From the NCBI GenBank assembly GCA_000708835.1, contig DF236988.1, positions 186,001 to 250,000 on the forward strand: a stretch of 64,000 nucleotides of DNA. Direction: 5' to 3'. Below the pieces are notes generated by a model. That model did no database searches. It was given only the letters and a program-made list of their open reading frames with translations, and was not told the origin of the DNA. A program made the position numbers and the translations under genes. Shown piece after piece: positions 50,301 through 60,399 of this stretch (positions are counted from its first letter, which is position 1; every line of letters begins with the position of its first letter). Source of the stretch: Klebsormidium nitens. Its lineage: Eukaryota; Plantae; Klebsormidiophyceae.

Positions 50301-53300
50301 AGATCTGCGTTGCCTAGAAGGACCATTGCAACTCCATGCAGCCCTTTAAGGAAGAATCTTTATTCCCCATGAAAGGTGTTCAAGGTAGGAATTCGGCAAG
50401 TGTTGAGTTTGGATGCGGTGCCTAAATAGCCGGGGGTCCAGTCTTGACTGGTTGGCTTCTCAACGTCTGCAATCGTATGATGTTCGGCTGAAAATTCGAC
50501 GGTTTTTACGAGCGCCAGTAGAGCTTTGGATATCACATCGAGCAATCTGTGCATGACGTATGTGAACACGAAGCGGATCTCTTTAAGGCCTGTAGTGATC
50601 GCACTGAGGACTTCTGGAGAGATTAACTGACACGGATGATTGCTTATGTTTTGATCATCCAAAGCAACATTCAGATTCCGGTTTCTCTCGCTGTGCTGTG
50701 TATGGCATTTTCTGTGAACCTTACAAAGGCTGGTTACGATTGTCGCCGTTTTCTTGGCAATGATGATCACAGCATCTCGAGCGAAAGCTCAGAGCTTTTA
50801 CACATCCATCTTATGCTGGTGTAGCCGTACGGGCTCGAGGCGAAATCTTGAAACATGTGTGTTCGTTTTACCCGGACTCTGGAGTTTCGAGAAAAGATGC
50901 CGTGCGTGTGGCAATCTCGGAACCCGGAGAAGATGCTTAGGGCAAACTCGATTGTGTTGGCTGCTAGATTGAGCAGCCAACTCTCAAGCATTCGGAGGGG
51001 AGGGCTCAAACATGGGCGCCACGTCCAGCGAGCCCCGCTGCGGTGACACTTGTCCATTGGCTTGATGCTTCTTGAGCTAGGCGGATGTGAGTACGAAAGA
51101 AACAAGGAAACAAAGTCATCTTTCCTGGCATCGAATTGAAGGCTAGCTTTGTCTACCAGACACAAATGAAAGGGGTCCGTTTGGGCTTTTTCTGGAATCG
51201 ATTCCTGTGTTCGGAAACTGAAAAATTCTGGCGTGTCTCAACCGTCCCCTTTGAGACCCTACGTATCTGCAAACCGGCCGGCTTGCATATACGTGCAATA
51301 CTCTTGCTGAGAGCTTGTTCCCCGTTTTCACCGCAGAAGCTGGACCGTTTGAAGACGCGACTATTGGGAGGCGCCGTCGGCCCCGAGAACCGGGCGGTGA
51401 GCCTGGAGACGCGCATCCGGCTGGTGCTGGAATGCCTCACCCGGGCGCTGCTGCTGCTGCTCACTCGGGCGAGCCCGAATGAACCTGGGAGGGAGGGCGA
51501 GGAGGGCTACTCGGAACTTGAGGTGAGACGTCCGAAAGTGTCAAGTGTTTTGTACTCGGTGGGCAGGCGAGGTTCAACACCCCGGGATTATATTTGCAGT
51601 GGTGGGCGAGCCCGGGAGGGAGGGCGAGCAGGGGTACTCGGGACTTGAAGTGAGCCACTCCTGGGTTGTCAAGAACCCGTTGTAGAAACCCCTCTCCTGC
51701 CGGGGCTGGTGCCCGGACAGCATCGAAGACCCGGCGTATCTTCCTTCACCCTTCATTCCTGGTTTGCAGAGAGCTCTAGCTTTGTCTCTCATATTCTCTC
51801 TTCGGAACCAACCTTTCAAACTCGCCCGCCAGGACAGAAACTCAAACAAGGCATGTGCTTCCTGCCCCTCCCGAAAAGGTTCATGGAAGGCTCTCAGTGT
51901 CCCCCCCACACTTCGCCGTCTCCGAAACAAACATTTTGAGTTGGTTCCTCAAAGCTGGTGGCCGGACGGCTTCTTGGACACGTCGTGCCCCTCTACCCTC
52001 TGATGCAGAACGACTGTTCCCCTCTTTTCTCCAATTGTAACGTACCCTACTCGTCCCCCAGGGCTGGTGCCAGGACAGCATCCTGGACCTGGCGTCCCTC
52101 TTCCTGCACCTCATGCGCCGCAACGTGGAGGTCTTCATTGCGCACCAGGCCGCCGCCTACTCCCCCGCCGAGAAGCGCCCCTCCGTCGAGGTCGCCTTTC
52201 CCGGCCTGCCCGGAACACGCTTAGTGGGCGACCGGGGTTTTCTGGAGGGGCTTTTGAAGGCGACGTCCGGCGCGCATGTGTTGAGGAAAAGAAGAGACGA
52301 TCGCGAGAGAGGCGCCGGCGAGGGGCCGCTGCGCAAGAGCGGGCAAGGCAACGGGGGCGTTGGGTACCACACGCAAGAGGTACGGTTTTTGGCCGCCTTC
52401 GACGGTCTTTCGTGCTCCTTCCGGCTGCGACGATGAACGACTGACGTTCTTCCGTGGGTTCTGGCGCTGCTGGCGCTGGTTCCAAGGTTTACTTCCAAAA
52501 CAGAAGTAAAAAGTTCCCCTTCTCGCAGATCACGGCACTTCTTTTCAAAGTTCTGGTTGAGTGGAAGATTCCCTTCCGACCGACGCTCTCCGGTAGTTTG
52601 CGCATCATGGCGCTGCTATCATTCTTTCAAAGATCTACAAAATGGAGGAAAACCCACCCCGTTATCCCGCAGGTCACGGCATTTGTTGCAGTAAACTAAA
52701 GACCTGAGAGTTTTGCAAGTCCCGCAACCGAGAAACAATGAATCCGCGTTTTGTAGTCCGTAACACTGGTCCCATGGTCCGAAATCCTGCCGGAGTCAAG
52801 AGACTCAGGAATTACGAAACGTTCTTCCTTCCTCCCAGATCACGGCGCTTTTGGCGGTAGTCCAGGACTTGACGAAGCGCACGCTGGCGCTGCCGGCCAT
52901 GTTCCCACCGACGCCCCCGCTCCCCAAATTCATGGCGCTGCACTACGCGGACGGCTGGAGCAGCGTCGGATGGGAGGAGGTCAACAAAGCCATCCAGGCG
53001 GTGAGGCCAGCACGCTGCACACGTGTTTTTGTCGATACTTGGCCGTAAGCGAGGTTGCGCATATGGGTCTGGAGGGCACTTGTATGACGCATAAATGAGC
53101 GGATTTGACGTAGCTTCGCTCCGAATTACTGATGGACGTTGCAACCCAGCCCTGATATTTTGTGGCTTGCTTTGAAACACTTTACCAGAAGTGGCTACTC
53201 AGGTGAACATTCAATGTTTTGAACGAGCGCTACAGCAGCGGCTTCCGAGTTGATTGTTTCTTGTGGTTGCTAGTTATACCTCTTGTTGTAAAGATTGCTG

Positions 53301-54497
53301 ACTTCAATCCAAGCGGTGACCAAGGAAGGATACAACTTGATCAGGCAGAAAAACTCCTTTCAACAGCAACATCGGCCCGGCTCCATTCTTCGTCTTAGTC
53401 GACCAGACAAACCTTTCTACTTCGGCCCAACTCCATTCATCCTCTCGACCGACCAGACAAACCTTCCTAACGATTCAGTTCGCGAGATTCGAATCTCGTG
53501 TGAGACTGTGATCGCAATATGGAAGCCGCCCGTACAGCCGCTGGAAACCAAGCTTAGCAATCAAACCGTCAGAGTAGCTATGCCGACTGTAAAACGCTTT
53601 ATTCGCCCTTGGAAAATTCTTCTCTTTGCCTCTCGCTCAGGTCGGCAACACACTGCCCCGTCCTCTCGGCGCCGACTCGGTCGGAATGCTTCTCCGCAAT
53701 CTGGACGTTCTCGTTTCTTGGGAGCTGCCCGCCGACGAATACAGCCCGGGCCTCGTAAACTCAGTCCCCGACCAGTCTTACCTAGTGAAGATGGGCTCTG
53801 CCATGCTCGGGACAGGGCCCGGGGAGAGCGCCCGGGAAGTTGGACGCAAGAGGCGGCGGGCGGAGCACGCGATCGCGACCGGAAAAGGAAGCGCAGGGGC
53901 GTTACGGGCGATTGTGGGGAGCCGGAGGGATCAGTTGGATTTCCGGTGGAAGCCGACGGCGACCAAAGGCATGGTGTGGGTGAGTCAGATTGGAGCTTCT
54001 GCATCTGCGTTATGTCGTTGACCCGCCATTTTGGCTCCTGAGGGAGAAAATTATGGCTCAGGTATTGGGGAAAGATGAATGGATCGATTCCGGTTCTACC
54101 CCCTCGCTCTTCCAGCTCGAATGATTGCTGAAGTGAAGGATTCCCATTGGGCACTAGCAAAAACCGTCAGCCTTCGGTCGTAGACAGAAGTGCAGTGGTT
54201 GTTGCAAAATTTTCTTAAAAGCTCGTCGTCTCATATGTCTCTGCTAATACCTTGTAAGTTGTCATTCGAAGCGTGATCCGACTCGTGATTCACTCGGTCT
54301 CATTCGTAAGGCAACTGAACTGATACGAAGCGTTTTGTGTGCAGTGCGGAGGGTGCGGGAAGAGTACGGCTTGTCTGTACCTGGAGGGATCGGAAGAAGG
54401 GGACCCCGACCGCGCTCAGAAGTGGCGGGCTAGCTGGGGCGCCAACTGGGCAACAAGGTGTCCGCTTTGTTTAGGATGCTGGCATCCCGCCTTCTGA
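44348..54497 (+). CDS. MED16: Mediator subunit 16 (plant SFR6-like), 12 exons, ~949 aa
   Basis: Exons 44348-44417 (tentative), 44678-44813, 45317-45611, 46174-46426, 46914-47478, 47873-48094, 48463-48613, 51337-51522, 52062-52379, 52839-53000, 53641-53979, 54345-54497; phases consistent. Collinear SFR6-like motifs LAWCERTNLIA, QLDWSP, PSTVVLWE, FSPTGSC, LDRLKTRLL, ILDLAS, LPRPLGADSVG, GSRRD, and C-terminal CxxC...CPLC. Confidence 0.85.
51605..52000 (+). repeat. Echoes in MED16 intron 8: one donor echo of exon 8 and 2-3 decayed acceptor echoes of exon 9
   Basis: cccgggagggagggcgagcaggggtactcgggacttgaa|gtgag (~51610-51655) versus the true exon end at 51522. ggctggtgcccggacagcatc at ~51704, gccaggacag at ~51829 and gctggtggccggacggc at ~51954 versus true ggctggtgccaggacagcatc at 52062. 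Confidence 0.75.
52515..52720 (+). repeat. Two acceptor echoes upstream of MED16 exon 10
   Basis: cag|atcacggcac...ttccgaccgacgctctcc...catggcgctgc at 52529 and cag|gtcacggcatttgttgcagta at 52673 versus true cag|atcacggcgcttttggcggta at 52839. Confidence 0.75.
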
Positions 54498-54519
54498 GCA
54501 GTTTCGAACCTGAACCGTG

Positions 54520-57500
54520 TCATCATTGATTATATTCAATCTCAAGGTCCAAAAATTTGTGCTCCGGCATACGCACAATGACATCGTGCCGTGCCAGCCG
54601 CGTGGTCTTCACCGCTTTTCTAGATATCTGCAAGTCAGAACCTCTGGTCGAAGTCTGCTCAGTCGGATCGCAAGCCTGTGCTTGACGCGCCTGCTTCGTG
54701 ACCAGCATGCGTCTGACATCTGCAGTGCACCATGCGCCACTGGGATGTGTTGTCAGTCGCTCAATCTGCTTCAGAAATGGTCATGCTTGAATTATATTAG
54801 ATTGGTTGGATGAGTGGTCCCGATCGACTTTTGAGACGTGCCTTGCTGTTTTGTCGTTGCCTTCTGTTCTTGGATCCTTGGTGGCGATGACATACAAGCC
54901 AATCGTTGACCGAGTTGTTCTCAAGGATGCCACGCGACAAACCGCTCATCTTGTGCTCGATCCGTTGGTATATCTGCTGGTCAAGTAGCTCGAGACAGCC
55001 GGCCTAAGCTCTATGGTCCTCGAAGTTTGTTGCTGCTGGGTGTCTTTATTTCCGGTCCATTTCCTCAGACAGCTGGTAACGAAGTGCAGATCGCGGGACA
55101 CATCTCGAGGCGACAGGTCCTCGGGTTGCAAAGTTACGACGCGTGCCCTTCTAAAAAGTTCAGTTGTGCTTCCACAAGCTGTTGGCACCGGTTGGCCTGA
55201 GCCTGCATGACCGCATGATCGCAGATCTTGACAATCATCAGATGCCAATGTCACCGGCACTGGCTGAATTATGTAAATTTGAATCACCACACACCGAGGG
55301 AAAGTGTCGGGCCTGTTTTCTGCGTCCACTGCATCGCTTTCAGCAGCTCAAAGAGCGGCTTCTATATGTTGAATAGTCTGTCATCGATTCTTCTACCTTG
55401 TCTTCCTGGCGATGATCGACGAAGGGATCATATGACCAGCGGGTCATTCATCGTTCTCCACCTTTAATCCCACGTTAGCCATTTTGCGGTACATGTCAAA
55501 GCTACTCCTTTGAAACGCCAATTCTGGTTGTCATGCTAGGGGTCAATGGCCCATAATCATGGGGACTTTTGTGCAAAGCAGGACAGCAAATCCCGCCCAC
55601 TACAGTTTAAGTCTTATCAAAAACGTTGTTCTGCGTGAAGGTGTCGATCCGGGTCATGTAGTTTGAACAGTCAACGCTTGGAGACCGCATATGTGTATGG
55701 CAAACAACACAACAGATCGTTTAGAAACGCGATCTTCGATGCCTCCTTGTCACGAATGGAACAACACAGACAAAATGCTCATTTCGGAGCCGGCCGTGTC
55801 CAGAAGGGAACATGCAGGCTGCCTTCGTCCTCTTGCATTTTCTAATGGCATTCAAAAGCCAATCACTTATCGTTGATAAGTGTGCAGGTGCTGCATATTT
55901 GTTGTTGCTTGTTCCAATCTGCTTGGTTGACGATTTCTGTTCGCAACGGCCCACCGTCAGAGCCACCTGTCCAAATGTGCTGAATCTCCACTCAAGTAAG
56001 GATAGGCGAACGCTTGCCAGTAAGGCAGATATGTAACGCCCTCGCTCGATGCCACCGTCGGCGTATAATGTCCTTCGGTGCCTGATACCAAGTTGACTAT
56101 TCTGCAAAGAGACAAGCATTCTAAAGAGACAAGCATTCTTGGCTTAGTCACGACTCTGCTTTTAAGAACTTGATTGCACGCGACTGGATATTGCAGTAAC
56201 GTATTGAGGGACTTCAAATTCGGTGCTGAGTTAATGGCAACAAGGACTTTGAAAAGTCTTTGACAGCATAGCAAATGTTTTGCGGTTCGTTACTCTAGTA
56301 ACTTGAAATATGCGTTCCTTGGTGGGTTACGCTCCGCTGCACAAATGGTAACTTATGAAGTTTCGATAGGGTTATTCCTTATGACGGTTATGCGTTGGTT
56401 CACTACCCATATAAGATAATTATACCTGTTCGCACAGTTGTCACATGTTATCTTCTGCACTGGATATGACGTTACAAACTATACTTTCGCACGTACATAA
56501 GGCCTGCGACTTCCCCAAGTGGTCGTGGAAGTTGCACGCCTTGAAGGACGCTGGTTGAAGCCAGCTATTGTGCGTCACTTCGAATGTTTGAATCTAAGAA
56601 ACACGCGAACTTGATGTCTAGAGCCGAGAGATGACCAACTTGCACTGGTGGGCGAGCGACACACCTGAAAAGCCCTCCGTGAATCGCTAGCCGGCGAAAA
56701 ATTCACAGCTCCACTGGCCAACACCTTACCAGGTTATCCATATCTCAGACATAAGGAACTCCTGAAGACATTTTCCCGGATTGGTTTCAAGTTGATCAGT
56801 GGCTATGAAGACTAGAACGAATTGGCCATGACCCTTGGCCACGGTTGTGTTGAGTCCGAGCTCGGTACGCCACCAGTTCAGGGCTGTCATCCTGGGCTTG
56901 AGGTGCCAATGTGCCATCTAGGTAGACTTAAGAAGTTCGCAGCCTTTTTTCCATTCGTTCTATCCAAGTGCGAAGCCAATCAAATGCTGGAGCTCATCTG
57001 GGGTGCGGTTTTGCTATCTAGGTGGTCGCTGAGAAGTACTTTGACGCTCTTTCCCTTTGCCTCTATTCTGCGGTGTGCGTGATCAATTGCTAGAGCAGGT
57101 CGGAAACGACGACTTAATTACGTGTCCACGTGTCCGGCACGCGCCACATGGTGCAGAGAATGTCGCGGTGCCAAGGAACCATGCTTTGAAAGCTAGACGT
57201 TGTTGGGATTCCACGCTCAGTATTCGAGAGTCGACGAACCTGATTCTTATTAATTTGTCCCCACCAGGCGCCAAAATGAGTTGGACGTAACATATGACTC
57301 TGGTTCGTGCTCATCATACGCAAAGCTTGAGATCCGTGCTGTTTTGTTCCATGATGGCGCACTTTCCGAAACATACATTTTTCAGGGGACACGTCAAAGG
57401 AGCCACATGTGCTCCTCTGCTAGCTTGCCGTCCACTTGTCTGGAGGTGCCCACGTGTCCACCGGTGTCGACACTCCTACCGGCTCTCATGAAACAGCGGT

Positions 57501-59060
57501 GAGCCGGGTTGATACCGGCGGCACAAAACAATCTGCCCGCTTGTGCTGTTCTTTACCGAGTGTGAATTGAGGTTTGGAAAGGATCGTGCCCGTCCAAACG
57601 AAACCCTGAAGCGAGAGGCTGCTTTGCCATGTTTCGGTCGATCATTGCTGCTAGTTGTCGTCAATATTAAATGGTTTGTGGGCTTTTACTAACCTGCTTT
57701 TTCATGGATCATAAATGATGACGACATATGCGAAATTCCTCAGGTGCCCTTCCATTTTACAATGACCTTTGCCACTAAAAGGCAAGGATTTGCCATCCCT
57801 TTTGGGCTTAGGCCCATGGTTGTGCTCACGTCGAACTTGTAACTCTGACGCCTCCATCCGTGCGTTGATAATGACCATCCCAACGAGCTTTTGCTGGCAC
57901 GAAGTAGACTCCGAGGGTTGTGGTTTGAGTCCAACCTTTGTTTCTCAAGGAGCTGACAAGACTCACTGTTGCCGGACAAGAAGCCGCCAGAGGATGTTTA
58001 TAGTCAGACCCTCCACTTCTCAGCGGTGCACGTCTGTTCGCCTTTTTTCAAACCTGCTTTCTCTTTCTGCGCCAAGGACGGCAAGGACGATATACGCTAT
58101 GGCCATCTGGTCAAGTCGCAGTGCTCACGAGAGGCTCACATATTTCTCAAGATGTCGAATGTACGTTGTCGCATCAGCCTTTTCATGCCGGAGGCTTTCT
58201 TCCGCACCACATGACTTGCTACTCAGTAATTGAACGGTCCTGGTGGCGGCGTGTTATTCCGCTCAACGGTCTTTCATCAATACGCTGTTTCGTTGAAAAG
58301 GTGCGACCCTCGATCTCGACAATCATAGGAGGAAGATCCTTGCTTGCCTCAATCTTCGTGAGTCTCAGCTTCTCAACCGTTGGCAATGCAGTCTGTGCGA
58401 GGCCCACCCTCCTGTCGAAGCAGAATTTTGCTGGGTAGAGAATCGTGTTTGAGCCAGTTTGAGCCGAGCGTACGGTTTTCCTTTCAACAACAACTTGACG
58501 GTGATGCAACGTTGCGCTCAACCTGGCAACCGCCAGAGCCCGGTGTGCGCTTCTGAGTCACGTCTTCGCTGTCCTGGCACGTTGAGGAAGTGGCTGCACG
58601 TCGAAGAAATGGTGCGTCGCGTCGTATTCATAACTATCTCATCGACGACCGAAGTTAAGGGTAACATCCCCCGTGGTCTCTCCAAACTTCCCGTTGCGTT
58701 CTCTGTGGGGTTACTGAGTTGTTTTTAGCTTTGTATGACACGTTCGGATCAGTCGAGGAGTTACTAGGATTCTAATCAAAGTTTCCACATTCAAAAAGGC
58801 AACCAGTCCGCAAGCCGTCCCTTCTGGAGCGTTAAGGTTTCTCGCCTTCACCAGTCTTCCCCAGGAACAGAACTCTGGAGCGGTGACGAGAACACATCAT
58901 TTTTAGCATCGTCTTGTGTGACGTGAATCCATTCTTTCAAAAATGAAATAATTTTGCATTTAATTCCTTCTTTGGGACCTTCCACTTCCTCGTCAAGCTC
59001 CAACACATCCGTTAAGTGCTCACACTCGCAGCACAGACCGCGTATATACGACCAGACCAT
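54520..59060 (-). mobile_element. Heavily decayed Ty1/copia LTR-retrotransposon internal region
   Basis: Collinear degenerate motifs on the minus strand: gag-like WSYIRG...KIISFLKEWIH (59060-58850), knuckle-like FSGKGHCKMEGHLRNF (~57780-57730), RT start ADGGIERG...TFGQVA (~56070-55970), SRDLHFVTSCLRKW (~55100), TRSTIGLYVI (~54900), RNase-H-like tail (~54650-54523). Many stops and frameshifts; LTRs not identified. Confidence 0.6.
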
Positions 59061-60399
59061 CCGGTTACTTCAAAAGCTGCAAACGCCTCCACCTTGGGCC
59101 TCGCCCGAAAGAGAAGTTGTTAGGTGGCTTGCGGCAAGGGTTGTTGCTTGAGTGGTCCTTTATCGCTGCCATTCTTTGCTTCTGTTGCCAAAATGTCTTC
59201 ATGGCGGCCTCTCTGGGCGTGTGGCCTCTTTGATTCTATCTGCGTTTGGTGTGCCCTTGATCTTACCGCTCCGCCGAGCTTCTCGTTGACCGACCAGAGC
59301 AACGCCGTACTGCTAGTGCTCCTGTTTCGTTCCTAACTTCTTGTCTGACGTTCATGCGAAGCACATGCCTTTACCATTCTGATCCGTTACCGTGGAATTA
59401 GCTTTGGTTCCCCGCGTTTGGCGAGGAGGAAGCACCGCTGCAATTGCTGCCGAGATGGGCTATTTGCAAGCAAGTATAGTAGTGGTCCGATTGCCTCAGG
59501 AAGCGTCACCACATTAGCTGCGTTTCTGTTTCGGAGCCTTTTGGGTCACAGCTCAAACAGCTTCATGGATCACGTCAAAGTTGCCGCTTCGAAAGGCACA
59601 CTCTAGCCGAGTACAGAATCTTGACCGCTTTGACGTCAAGATGCGGCTGATCCAAGAGTGCAAGATCGAATTCGAAAGCTTAGGACTTTAGGCCTTTGGA
59701 AGTGGGCAGGCTTCCGCTAAACAACATCTGTACCTTAATTGCATACGTCATATACGAGGATGGCACGTGCATCCGGGGGCGCATGCGTTGATGGATCTAA
59801 GAGTGGATCGAGATATTCTGCCTGGTTGGCGTGACCGGAAATCATGTTCCTGACGACTCAGCAAGGATTCTGTGAAGACGGCCTCGTACGTAATGTTGTT
59901 CCATAGCATCGGCTTAGCTAGCTTGGGCTAAACACAACAGCCTTTTTCCTTCACGGAGCGCGCAAATATTCCCCGTTGTTTCAAAGTTGTTTGCGCACAC
60001 TACAAGTCAAGGTGGAAATAGAAGGTACCGGAGTTTCAGCGTTCGGCGCCCTCCACCTAAACTCCTCATCCTGCGGGTTGCAGTGATACGAAGAGCCTAC
60101 TTGGTCATTCTGAGTGCAGGTCGGTGCGTTCAAATGCTGCCTGATTCGAATGCAGCCAGCTTCAGCTGCGGCGATGAGGGACGACCCAGTGGGCAAAAGG
60201 TCAATACGTAGAGGAGAACGACATGATGCTGCGCTTTTAAGTTCGGCGTTCACGATATTACTACCTTATTACTACCTTCCGCTTTTCAGGGCGTATCCGC
60301 TAGTATCGTCTTTGGACGCGTTTGCTCCGAGCAGAAAATAACATAGCGCATCGCAATTGACGCAAGGAGGATGCGTCAACTGCATTGCATTATTCACTG

